Assembly: GCA_000388065.2 (NCBI GenBank)
Contig: KB932211.1
Origin: Fonticula alba ATCC 38817
Taxonomy: Eukaryota > Protista > Nucleariida
Strand: one strand, 5' to 3'
Length of the DNA: 64,000 bases
Below, piece after piece: positions 52,060 to 64,000 of this stretch (position 1 is its first letter; every line of letters starts with the position of its first letter). The notes below the pieces were generated by a model that saw nothing but the letters and a program-made list of their open reading frames with translations, made no database searches and was not told the DNA's origin. Both the position numbers and the translations under genes were made by a program.

Positions 52060-53026
52060 ATGGTTTACCGTGCTGTACGTGTCTCTCTTCGTCCTTGTCC
52101 TCCTCCTCCCCCGCCCGGTCGACCGGCGCCGCTGAATGTCCCCCCGTCCTCGCCTCTCTTCCTCCTTACTGACATTCGCGCGATCCTCGCGGCCGGCGCC
52201 TTCTCCTCCTCCTTCCGCCAGAACTCCGCCACCCACCTGCGCGTGTGGCATCACATCGATGCGACCGGCCAGAGGATGGGTCGCGTGGCCACGCAGGTCG
52301 CCAAGGTTCTCATGGGCAAGGGCAAGCCCACCTACCACCCGGCCGGTATGTGCTCGGCCTTTGGCGCGATGCCTTCCTCGCCCAGTTACACCCCTCCGCC
52401 GACCGGCTGACTGACCCGCTCATTCTCACGGCCCCCTGCCGCCCCTCCCTCCCCCGCGCCCCCCTTACGTAGCTGACTCCGGCGACTACGTCGTTATCAC
52501 CAATGCCGCGCGCTTCGAGCTGACCGGCAAGAAGCTCCAGCAGCGCGTGCACCGCTACCACACCGGCTACCCCGGCGGCCTGAAGGAGGTCCCCATCAAG
52601 AAGACCATGGAAACCCAGCCGGATGTGGTCTTCCGCCGGGCGGTGTCCGGCATGCTGCCGAAGAACAACCTGCGGCCGCGCATGCTGCGCCGCCTGCGCA
52701 TCGAGAATGGCGCGAGCTCCCCCTTCGTGGCGAATGCCCTGCGCTCGGGCCCGGGTGCGGACATCGTCCTCGAGACGCCGACTCTGCCGGCCGGCGCGGC
52801 CCCGCGCACCGTCCTCCAGGCCGTCCGCGAGTCGGAGCGCCCGCTGAGCCAGCTGCGGCGCGTGGTCGCCGCCACCAGCACCGGCAAGGCCGCCCCCACC
52901 GAGGCCGAGCTTCTGACGGCCCAGGTCCGCGACCGTATGGCCCAGCTGCAGCTGGCTCTGCACAAGTCCGGTCCGAACAAGAGCAACTACAAGACCAAGA
53001 CCTACCAGAAGACCGGCAAGCACTAA
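52060..53026 (+). CDS. MRPL13: Mitochondrial-type ribosomal protein uL13m; exons 52060-52074, 52222-52345, 52473-53026
   Basis: RVWHHIDATGQRMGRVATQVAKVLMGKGKPTYHP|ADSGDYVVITNA...YHTGYPGGL...RAVSGMLPKN is bacterial/organellar uL13. Confidence 0.93.
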
Positions 53027-53983
53027 ATGCGCGACATATGTGTGCTCCCGGGTCTCCCCTTCTTCCTCGAGCGCATGCGACCGAGCCGCCGTTCCTTTCG
53101 CCCCTGCCCCCCTCCCTCCCCCTCCCCCCTCCCCCTCACAGATCTGCCTCTCCGTGCTGCTTGCCGTGGGGTTGCATTTTGTTCGTCCTTGTTGCTCCTG
53201 TCTTCGTTTCCCCCCCCCCCTCCCCCCTCTCAGTTCTCTCTTCTCCCCTCGCCGGTGCAGCTCACTGGGGCCGGCCCCCCTCTCCTTTCTCCCCTGTCCC
53301 CCCCCCCCCTGGCCGTGCACCGTGTCACCGGCACCCACGCCCTACGCGTGTGTTATAGATTGCCTCCATAAGATTCCCGCTCTTTGTGTGTGTATGTGTG
53401 CTTTATATCTGGATTGTTTTCCCCTCAAAACATGCCCGGGAGGGAGGCGGCCGGCGGCGGCGGGGCACCCGCGGGTCGCCGCAGCCTCTTGTCTTTCTGT
53501 TTCTGTGTGTCCGAGTGTGGGGCGCCTTGCGCCGGGCATGGAGGGCCGGCCCCGTGCGGGTGTGCGGGTGTGCGGGTGGGGCTCGCGCGGTGCTGCGAGT
53601 CCGTTGGCACCATGGCGTTAGTCGGCACTTACGGGTCTGGCCGCACTGCGCGAGTCTAACACGGGACGAGCGGTCCGGCGTGGGCAGTAGGGCCGGGAGG
53701 CGAGCCGTTGCGTTGCGCCCCCTGTCCTCCCGGCCGCCGGGGGGAAGGCGCGCTATTTGTGCTCCCGGCCGCCGGTCCCTGCTGGCCACCGTGCCCGTAT
53801 CCGCCCTCGCCTCCACCCCCCCCTCTCCTACCCCCCCCCTTCTTCTTGCCATTTTGTCAGCTGTTCCATAGCGTCCCCCCCCATTTGTTGGTAGACGCGC
53901 AGCAGGCCCCGCCCCCCCTGCTCCCCCCCCCCCCCTCTCCCCCCTTCCTCTCTGCTGTACTTGCTCTTGGAGCTCAAGGCACC

Positions 53984-54483
53984 ATGACGGAGTCCTTTGC
54001 GCTTGAGAGTGCCCTGAAGCGCTTCGAGAGCACCTTCACTCAGGCCGATCTGGCCTTTGAGAATGACCTCTTCCGCGCGCCGATGTCCCTGAAGACATGG
54101 TTCCGGTATATCGAGCACAAAACCGAGACCGGGGCATCGGACGAGGTCATCAGCTTCCTCTACGAGCGGGCCCTCAAGGGTGCGTGCCTGCAAACGGCCG
54201 TCATGCGCCTCGACCACATGCTCCCCCCCCCCCCTCATCCCTCCCCTTCCCTTCATGCTCGCTGCCCCTTTCTGGCATTCCTCTGATGTGATTGCGCTGC
54301 TGCCGCACATGCTCCCCTCCCTCTCTCCCAAATAGCCATCCCGTACAGTTACAAAATTTGGCACCGGTACTTGACCCTGTTGCGGAAGCGGGCCACCGGC
54401 CTGCCGATTGGCCACCCGGCCTGGCGGTATCTGGTGACCTCCTACGAGCGGAGCCTGGCATATCTGTCAAAGGTGCGCAGTCC

Positions 54484-54527
<44 letters not shown>

Positions 54528-57500
54528 CGCTCGCTCGCTTGCGGGCGCGCGCCTTTGTGGCGTCCCTCCGCGTAGGGGCTTTCCCTTTCTTTATTTGCCT
54601 GCCTCTGTTCCATTTCGACCTTCCCCTCGTGCACGGGACACCCTCTCATTGACACAAGCCGCCCCTCGCTGGATGTCTGGACGTGGTGGTTACGGCGGGC
54701 AGATGCCGCGCCTGTGGATCGAGTACTGTCTGCTGCTGGAGGAGCAGCAATGCATCACCGCCACCCGCCGCGGGGTGCGTCCTTCATTTATGGCGTCCCT
54801 TCTTGTCGGATGCTTGCCTGCCGGCGCCTCGTACTGACCCGTATGACCCCTGTGTTGCTCCGGCCCCCGGCGTGCCTGTGCGCCAGTATGACCGTGCCCT
54901 GCGGGCCCTGCCGCTGAGCCAGCACGAGCGTATCTGGCCGAACTACATCCAATTTGTGACCAAGTGCCGTGTGCCAGACACGGCCATGCGCGTGTTCCGT
55001 CGCTATCTCAAGGTGCGACGCTTCCGGGGTCCTTCTTCTCCCCCCCCCCCCCCTTGTCCCTGCTCCTTGCTCTTTGTCTCGCCGCCTTTCTCCTTCTCTC
55101 TCCTCTCTCCTCTCTCCTCCCTCTCTCTCTCGCTCTCTCTCCCGCCCCTCATCATGCATCGGCTCCGCACTGACCGCCCTCCTGCCTGCTGCCTCCTGAT
55201 CGAGCAGTTTGATCCGACGAAGGCCGAGGACTTTGTGGAGTACCTGATCGCGGAGAAGCGTTACAACGAGGCGGCCGAGCGCTTCTCCAAGCTGGTGATC
55301 GACGACACCCACCGGTCGAAGGACGGCCTGACCAAGCAGGAGCAGTGGCTGGAGTTCCTGGAGCTCTGCTGCAAGAATGCCAACGGAATCACGTCCATCT
55401 CGGTGGAGGCCTTTGTTCGGCATGGGATCCGCCGGTACACGGCCGAGCATGCTGGGCGTCTGTGGACCACGCTGGCGGACTACTTCATCCGACTTGGGCA
55501 GTTTGAGAAGGCGCGCGACATCTTCGAAGAGGGCATGGATCTGGTGAGCCTGGTCCGGGACTTCAGCCACATTTTCGACGCGTACGCCAAGTTCGAGGAG
55601 ACCCTGGCCGATGCGCTGGCGGTGCGTGCTCCTGCTGTGTGCCTCTGTGGTGTATCTTTCTGGTGGGCGTTTGTTTGACACGGGCTCCCGCCCCCTTGCC
55701 ATGCTCCCCGGGCATCGTGTGCATGCATGTCCTGGTCTCCGCGCGCGCGCCCCCCCCCCCCCCCCCCCCCCCCTCTGGGCCCATCTGCCCTCCTCCTCTC
55801 TCCCTCTCGCTGCCTTTCCCTCGCCGGTAGAATGCCGAGCTCGATGCCACCCCCGAGGGGCAGGAGTTTGAGCCGTCACAGGAGTTGCAGCTGGCCCTGG
55901 CGCGCTTTGAGCATCTGCTTGACCGTCGGCCGATCCTGGTGAACGATGTGCACATCCGCCAGGACCCGAACAATGTGCAGCAGTGGCTGGAGCGCTGTCG
56001 CCTCCACGAGGCGGACCCGGAAAAGGTGCGCCCAGTATCCACGTCGATGTCCCCTGCCCCCTCTCCCTGGAAGGGCATTCGCTTCTGTCGCCCCCTCTGA
56101 TCCGCTCTTTCTCACCCACCCTCTCCGATGTTGCTCTGCTCCTACACCGGCTGCCCTCTGCCGGTGCCCCTCGGCGGCGGCGGCGACCGGCTCTTCGGCG
56201 TGTGGCACAGGTGGTCAGTGTGTTCGAGGATGCCATCTCCTCGGTAGATATCTACACCAGTGGCAATGGGCACTATGTGGACCTGTGGAAGGCGTATGCT
56301 CGGTACTTTGAGCAGGGCCGGCGCTTCCCCGGCCCGGATGACACGGTGCCAGCTGGCGCGGCCGATCTCGACAGCGCGCGGACCATCTTCGAGCGGGCCA
56401 CCAGTGCCCCGCAGCGTAGCGCTGCCGACCTGGTGGACTTGTGGATTGCCTTCGCCGACATGGAGCTTCGCCACCAGTGCGTCCGGCGTGTGCCTGTTTG
56501 GGGTTTGCTTTTATCTGTCCATTTCTCCGTATCTCTTGAGATGTGGCCTTAACGCAAGCTCCCCCCCCCCTCCCCCCCCCCCTCGCGCTTCTCTCGTGCG
56601 GCAGGAACTTCGATCGGACTCGCGAGGTTCTCAAGCGCGCCACGCGGACCCCTTCCAAGAAGCGCGCTCACCCGCAAGCCGGCGCGTCAGAGAGCATGCT
56701 CGAGGTGCGTGTCCCTCATGCTGGCCGAGGATGCCGCCGTGGCCGATCCCAAATCAACTGCGGCCCATTCATCGCGGTCTGACCCCCTTTGCCCCTCCTC
56801 CTCCTCCCTCTACCGGGATTCTGGCATGTGGCCGTGCATGGGGGTGTATGCGTGTTGCTTGCTGGTGTCCCCCCCCCCCCTCCCTCCCTCTGCTCGCCCC
56901 TTTGCCGGCCGCTTCGCCACGTGTGTCGCAGCGTGTCGCCCGCGACCAGCGTCTCTGGAACTACTACGTGGACTTCGAGGAGTCCCTCGGGACGCTGGAG
57001 TCCTGCAAGGCCGTGTACGACCGGATCCTGGATCTCAAGATCGCCACCCCGCAGACGATCATCAACTATGGGACCTTCCTGGAGGAGCACAACTTTTTCG
57101 AGGACTCCTTCCGGGCCTACGAGCGCGGTGTCAGCGCCTTCCGCTTCCCGGCGGTCTTCGAGATTTGGAATGTCTACCTGCCGAAGTTCCTCCAGCGCTA
57201 TGTACGTGTGGGCCGTTTTGCTGCATGCCCTTTGCTGGTCCGAGGTCGCGGCCTGCTTGCGCTCTCCCTCGCCGGAACTGACCAAGGTCCTCCCATCGCG
57301 CCTCCCTTTCGGATTCCGACATCTGTCTCTCGCGGCTGCCTCCTTCCGGGGGCATGGCATACACACGCCGCGCAGAAGGGCACCAAGCTGGAGCGCACGC
57401 GCGATCTCTTTGAGCAGGCGCTGAAGGACTGCCCGCCGTCGCAATCGCGGCCACTCTTCCTCATGTATGCCTCCTTCGAGGAGGAGTACGGCCTGGCCCG

Positions 57501-57882
57501 GCGCGCGCTCATGGTGTACGAGCGGGCCACGCAGCATGTGCCGGTGGCCGAGAAGCACGAGGTGTTCCTGCTGTATGTGGCCAAGGCGGCCCAGATGCAG
57601 GGGGTGGTGGCCACGCGGGACATCTATGCCCGGGCCATTGAGGTTTTGCCGGATGCCGCGGCGCTGGACATGTGCGTGCGCTTCGCCGAGCTGGAAGTCC
57701 AATTGGGCGAGGTCGCGCGCGCGCGGTCCCTCTTCGGCCATGGGGCCCAGTTTGCCAATCCGAAGACCAACAAGGAGTTCTGGCAGAAGTGGGACGCCTT
57801 CGAGGTCAAGCACGGTGATGTGGAAACCTACCGGCAGCTGCTGCGCGTGAAGCGCACGATGGCCATCAAATTCGGAGCATGA
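53984..57882 (+). CDS. SYF1: Pre-mRNA splicing factor SYF1/XAB2 (HAT-repeat NTC subunit), 10 exons
   Basis: DLAFENDLFRAPMSLKTWFRYI, YERALK|AIPYSYKIW, MPRLW, YDRALRALPLSQHERIW, LLDRRPILVNDVHIRQDPNNV, LKIATPQTIINYG and YERGVSAFRFP. Nine GT-AG introns. Confidence 0.96.
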
Positions 57883-58213
57883 GCAATGTGCCATGGCCAC
57901 ACGGCGCTGGCAGGCGCCAGGCGCGGCCCCCTGTGCTTGACTTCCCCCCTGCTTGTGAAGTGTGCGCACACCGCGCCGCATAGATTGAATATACTCTGGG
58001 TTTTTTTTTGATGCAATCGAACAGCGAAAGACAAAGGGGACCAGAGGAAAGCACGCGCACGTGTGCTGCGATTGAGACAAGGAGCCGGGGCGAGGGGCTT
58101 GATCTATTGGGGGAGGGGGCGCAGGAAAGAGAGAGAGAGAGAGAGAGAGACTGTCCAACCAACGCCGTGTGCTTGCACGTGTCTGGCGCCGGCGAGGGGA
58201 GAGGGGGGCGGGG

Positions 58214-60593
58214 TCAGATGGCGGCGCCGTGGGTGCCCGGCTGGCCGGGCGCCAGGGGCACCGGCTCCGGGGCCAGGGCCCCGGCACCAAGGAGGTCAAA
58301 GAGCGACGCCCCGCCGGGCAGCGACACCGGCGAGCAGACTGGGCAGACGAAGTCCAGCCCAGCCGAGTCCGGCAGAGTGGGCGACGGCGCGGGCGCCGAC
58401 GCGGGCGAGGTGGCCAGGCCGGCGAGGCTGGGGCCCGGGCGCAGACACGCCCGATGGGCCGCATGCGCGCAGGGGAAGGCCACGATCTGCTGGTCGAGGG
58501 GGTTGTTCGGGTCGGCGGCCACGGGCTCCGCGCCGAGGGGCTGGCCGCAGTTGGCGGCACAGGGGGCCGTTTGCACGGCCACCAGGACGCCCCAGTGGGT
58601 CTGATCCTCGACATACTGGGCCGTTCGGCTGGGGAGCGAGGCCCCGGGGGTGGGCTTGAGCCCGAGCCCCGGCCGGTCGGCCAGGCCGCCGCCGCCGCCG
58701 CCGCCGCCGCCGGGGCCGCCTCGGGGCGAGGGCGCCGGCGTGGCAGGGACCGCCGCCGGGGCCGGGGCGACGGTGCCGGCCGCCGGGTCGGCCGGGCTTT
58801 GGTCCTCGACCGGCATGTGAAGGTGCGCCTGGATGGCCGGATGGATGCTGGCATCGCGCCGGCCCCAGAGGTAGATGTCCGTGGTTTCGGCCATGGCGTG
58901 GACCTCGGCCGCCTGGCCACGCTGGCGGAGCTCCTCGCGCCACAGGCGCCCGGCTGCCCAGGAGGCCGGGCCAACACCGGCGGCGGCGCCGGCGGCGCCG
59001 GCGGGGCCACCGGGCCCGGTTGCACCGGCCCGGTCCGTGTTGCCGGTGTCGCCAGCCAGGGTGGCCTCCGCCGGGTTGAAGTCCACCGCGCCGACGGCCA
59101 GGCATCCGAGGAAGGCCGGTCGGACCAGCAGACCCAGGTCGGCCACCGGCTGGAGCATGTCCAGCGCGGCGCTCGTCGAGCCGAGATACGCCGCCGCATG
59201 GAGGACAACTGTGTGATGTGGCAGGCGGGGGAGTGGCAGAGGGGGGAAAGGGGCGCGGGGAGATGGAGAGGTCAGTGCCATGGGCAGGGCCATGCCGAGA
59301 GGAAGGGGCTGCCGGGCGCACCAAGCTCCGAGAGGAGCACCCCGCCGGCCGGGTCCTGGGGGGCCCAAATGTGCGCGGGGCCTGCCTGATGGGGGGCCAG
59401 CGCATTGGCACCGTGGCGATCGAGCGCGGCCAGGGGGTGATCCTCGGTCGGGGCGTCGGCAACACGAGCGGCCTCCAGCTGCTGGATCAGCTCGAGCGCC
59501 TGAGCCAGGGCAGCCTTATCGGGGATGTCTGTCGGCGAGCAAGCGGGCATGGGCATGCGCGTGCATGTGGGTGCAGGTGTGGTCGTCGGCGTGGTCGTCG
59601 GCATGGGCATGCGCGTGCATTTGCGCGTGCGTGAGTGGGACAGACAGCAGGAAGGATGGAAGCAGGCGGGCAGGCAGGCTGGCAGCACGCACAGGCGAGG
59701 GCACGCTCGAGAGCGCCGATGTCAGCCAGCAATGCCGCCAGGACCACGGTGTGCGCCCAGAGGGAGGACAGCGCCCCGGGCTCGGCCCCGGCCGCGGACA
59801 CCAGGCATCCGGTCCCGAGTTCCAGGGCGTTCAGCTGCAGCTCCAGGCAGCGAGCCCAGTCACCAGTGAGACGGGCGCGCGAAGCCGCGTGGCGCTGGAG
59901 CTCTGCCGTCGAGCGGAAGAGCAAACTCGACTCGAGGCGGTCGAGCCTGAGCAGGCGTGCATGGGGTGGCCCCACGTCAGTCAAAGAAGCGAGAGAGAGA
60001 GAGAGAGAGAGAGGAGGCCAACAGCCATGAGACGACCTCAGGCAAGAAGGGAGGCCCTCGCGGAGAGGGGGGGAGGGAGAAAGAGGGAGAGAAAGAGGGA
60101 GAGCAGAGCACAAGGCAACCCGTGGCGTACCATTCACGCTGAGGATGGGCAAGGGCAAAGTCCCGGCTTTCGGCGCTCGGGGCCCAGAGGGGCAATGGAA
60201 GCTCCGGTCGCCAGGTGGCGAAGCGCGGCTCCGGGGCCAGGAGCGCCTCGCGCGCTGGCGCCCGGGTGACTACGTCCCACGGCCGCAGGAGGGCGGTGGT
60301 GTGTGCATCGGCCAAGAGCAGAATGGCCTCCGGTGGGAAGACCCCGCCAGCCGGGGCACCGGACACGTCCGACGCCAGGGCGGCGTGCCAGCGCGCCGAG
60401 CACAGCACCCGGCGCAGGTACCGGCCCAGGAGGGCGAATGGCCGGGCCGAGGCACGATCCCCCGGGCCCGGGGCGGCATCGGGCTCCAGCAGGGCCGAGC
60501 AGCCCAGCAGCCGGGCTACCGTCCGGTGCCCCAGCAGCGGGTGACTCGCCACGCAGGCATTCTCCAGCAGGTCCTCCACATCGGCTCGGAGAG

Positions 60594-60634
<41 letters not shown>

Positions 60635-63600
60635 GCGGCGTCGTTGGCCCGGGTCCCCGGGGCAGGGGACTGGCCAAGGGACTGGAGTTGGTACGCCAGG
60701 CAAAGGAGCCCCAGGGGATCGTGCGTCGCCAGCTGGCCGACATCCAACGGCGCGGCGGCCTGATCGGCCGCCAGGGCATACTCCAGCAGGTGGCCGGGGA
60801 CGCTGGCCGAGGTCCCGGCCATGCGGACCAGCTCTAACGCCTCCTCCAGCAGGGAATCATCCCCATGGACCAGGCTCGCCAGGACCGCCAGACGAGGGTC
60901 CAGCAGCTGGCAGGCCGGCCGGAGCCCGGCATCCAGCAGGGCGCCCAGGCCGAGGAGGAACCCAGCCCCGGTGAAGGCCTCGCGCTGAAGGGCGGACGGC
61001 CCGTCCGCCCCATCAAGCAGGGCAAGCACACGCTCGGCAGGCTGGGCGGCCAGCCAGCTGGCCGCGGCCAAGACCGCAGGCACCCGGTCCACCGTGAAGA
61101 AAGGCAGTGGCCCGAGCGCGCCCTCCAGCTGCTCGTGCAGCGGGTCCGGCAACAGAGCCGAGTCCAGCAAGGCAGCCGTGTCCGGGAATGCGGCCCCCTG
61201 GAATGACGGTCCGGCATCCAGGGCGACTGTGCGTTTGCGGATGTGTGCACGGGCGCGGGCACGTGAGTATTCGGAGGAGGGGGAGGAAGGGCAGGTCGGG
61301 GGGGGGGGGGGGGGGGGGGGCAAACACCACCGCGAGGGGGGACCACCCCAGGAGGGGGACCAACGTACTGGAGGCAAAGGCAGTTCTGAAGAGGCCGGCG
61401 TCCGGGAGGTCCTCGGCGACTGGATGATTGCATGTTGCGGTGAGACACGGGAAGAGAGGGAGCGCGAGGGGGGCGAAGGGGAGGAAGGCGCACAGTGTTG
61501 CTCCAGCAGGGCCGTGACATCTACGAGGCTGGGCATATCCTCCTGGAGGAGGGGCGTTTGCGCGGAATCGATCTCGGTCGAGGCGTCATCCGCCGCCCCG
61601 CCCGGGGCCCCCTGCTCCGGGGCGTCAAGGCTCAGCAGGGAGGACGCGGCCGACACCGACCGGCGGAAGAGCAGCGTCAGGTCGGTCAGCGAGCTGGGCG
61701 ACGAGGAGAGCTCGGCATCCGGCTCCCCGGTGCTGGCCGTGAGCGAGGGCGCATCGTCGGCGAGGGGGGCCGCCGGGTCGGCCAGGTCCCCGGGCCCAGG
61801 CCCGGCGCCGGTCCCGACCGGCAGCGACATGCGCAGGGCCGCCTGCAGCTTGCCAGTGAAGGCCTCATGCCCGACGATGTCCCCCTGGGCCGGGGTGGTG
61901 CCGGCCAGGGGGAAGGACGATCCGAGCCCCGTGTCCGAGGCCCAGGAGGCCGGATCTTCCAGGGGGGTAGCCGGCGAGGAGGAGGCATGCGTCGGGCGGG
62001 ACCGGCGCCGACGGGCCGAGATGCTGATGGACACCGGGGCCGAGGGGGCCGATTCTGTGCCGACGTCCGGGCTCGCCAGCGCGGCGGGCGCCACGACTGC
62101 CGGCGCGTCGGCCTGGTCGAAGTATACTGGCAATCCCGGGAGGGGGGGGGGGGGGGGGGATGAAGAGAGGCCGGAGGGCGGAAAGTGCGCCACATGCATG
62201 GGCGCGTGTCAGAGGAGCTGAAAGGGGCGAGGGGGGAGGACACCAGGCACCCTGGAGAAAGGCACGGGACGAGGGGCGGGGCGCACCGATGGAGGTCTTC
62301 TTCTTCCGGCGCTTGCTCTCCTTCGGCAGTTTGGGGCTGGTCCCGGCCAGCGGGGGCGAGGCGGCCGAGTCGTCGACGCTGGCCGTCAAATCGGTCTTGC
62401 GGGTTTTGGGCTTCTTGACCTTCTTGATGGGGATGGCCAGGGCCGGCGGCGGGAGCAAATCGGCCGTCAGCTGGTCCAAGCTGTCGGGGGAGAGGGCGCG
62501 CGCGGCTGGCGGGGCAGCCTGGAAGGACACCGGGTCGAGGGGGCGCGCCGGGCCGGCGGGCGTTGACGACACCGCGGCCGCGGCCGCCGCCTCGCGAAGG
62601 GTTCGACTCAACAGCGAGGAAGACGACGGGGGCAGTTGGCTGCTCGGGGCCGGGAGCGGGGGCAGCGAGGCCACCTCCGCCTGGGCCGGCCCGGTGGATG
62701 GGCTGCTTGTTGACATCGCTGACGGAGCATCCACCGAGGGGACCGGGCCTGGCGTGGCAGCCGGCGAGGCTGGACGCGGCTCGGGAGGCGGAGCCAGTGC
62801 ATCGCCCGGAGCAGGGGCGGGCGCGGGCGCAGCCACAGGCGCGGGCGCGGGCGCGGGCGCGGGCACGGGCGCGGCCACAGGCGCCGGTAGGAACTTATCC
62901 ATCTCGAGTGCCAGCTGGCCCAGCGCCGAGACGGCAGGCGCAGGCGTGACTTCCTCGATGCCAGGCTCCTCGGGGGAATCGTCGCAGGCCGCGCGCCTGG
63001 CAGAGCCGGCCGGAGGGTCGAGGTCGGCGGCCGGCAGGAAAGCCGAGATGGCAGACCACTCGCCGGCGGTCAGGCCACAGGTGGCAATGTCTTGCAGGGC
63101 CTCCTCCGCGAAGGAGGTCACCACGGTGGCGGCGGTCCGGCCAAGGCCACACGAAATCAAGGCCTTGGAGGCGGCCCACGCGCCGCCCTGCACCAGGTCC
63201 AGGCAGATGATGCGCTGGTCCTGGCGCCCGAAGGCGGCCGGCAGCCGGGGCGAGGAGCCGCTGCTGGCCGGGGTCAACGGGGGGGAGCCCCCGGCCGGGG
63301 GGACCACCATGCCGGGGTCCTCCCCGCCGGCCGGCAGGGTGGCCAGCAGGAAGAGGCCGAAGATCGGCGCCCCGGGCCGCGGGGCGCCCCGGAGGACGGT
63401 CGTCGGGAAGGCCGGCTGTCGGACCACGGCCACGGAGTCGATGCGCAGCGGGGCCAAGCTCAAACGCAGAGACACATCCACCAGGTCAATGTCCACCAGG
63501 GCCAGGGACGAGCCCTGCGGCGACCAGGACAGCATGTGCTGCGAATCGAGGAAGGATGCCAGGCGCCCGAGCTCGAAGGGCACCGATGATGGCGCCGCGG

Positions 63601-64000
63601 CACCCGGCGCAGCCGAACCGCCGGCCTCCCCGGAGATGCCATTCACCGGGCAGGCAAATGCCCCGGAATCCCGGGCCAGGGCCGATTGCGCCGGAGACAG
63701 GCCGGTCCAAATCCGAGCCTCGGTCGCGCTCCCACCGGCGAGATTGGCATCGTCATCTTCCCCGTGCGGCGGCCGGCCCGCGTCCTGCTTCTCGTGTCCC
63801 TCCTCCTCCTGCTCTTCCTCCTCGGGGGACTGGTCCTCGTTGAAGTCGAGCGTGGCCTCGACCTCGCCATCCCGGCGCGAGGTGTCCACCGCCCAGGCGA
63901 AGCCGCCCGGACGCGACACCAGCGCCAGAGCGCCGCGCTCCAAGATCGGCAAGAACATGTTATCATCATCGTCCTCCTCCTGCTCCTCCTCCTCCTCTTC
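58214..64000 (-). CDS. Large 5'-partial multi-exon protein with C-terminal RING-H2 finger (VPS8/VPS41/HPS5-like architecture, unassigned)
   Basis: Long gene-like minus-strand frames (63958-61865, 62199-59977, 60158-59487, 59368-58214), one confident intron 62286-62127, a poly-Gln at about 60594-60632, and C-x3-C-x25-C-x-H-x2-H-x2-C-x33-C-x2-C at 58562-58334. Exon structure only partly resolved. Confidence 0.7.

Overview
GC-rich, intron-containing eukaryotic genomic DNA from a draft scaffold with 8 N-gaps. Gene content and composition fit a non-animal opisthokont; a Fonticula-like nucleariid is my inference, not a database result. I hand-spliced 13 protein-coding genes: TOP2 (-), an orphan gene running into a gap (-), GPN2 (+), an endophilin-like N-BAR protein with a very long His/Gly/Ser-rich tail (+), an ER-type DnaJ (Scj1/ERdj3-like, -), class II fumarase (+), a Rap1GAP-domain protein (+), the 25-aa ribosomal protein eL41 missed by the ORF track (+), DNMT2/TRDMT1 (+), POMP/UMP1 (-), CHD1 (-), mitochondrial uL13 (+) and SYF1/XAB2 (+). 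A 14th, 5'-partial gene (-) ends in a RING-H2 finger and resembles HOPS/CORVET or HPS5 subunits. I found no rRNA, tRNA, CRISPR array or transposon. The strongest window-wide signal is an unusual 5' splice-site code: of 52 donors I placed, 46 have C at +4, 6 have T and none has A (mostly GTGCGT). Other leads are a Top2 whose disordered tail appears to sit at the N-terminus, a DNMT2 with an N-terminal CxxC pair, a possibly bacterial-type fumarase with no obvious mitochondrial presequence, and intron microsatellites oriented with transcription. All exon boundaries are manual and unconfirmed by RNA data.
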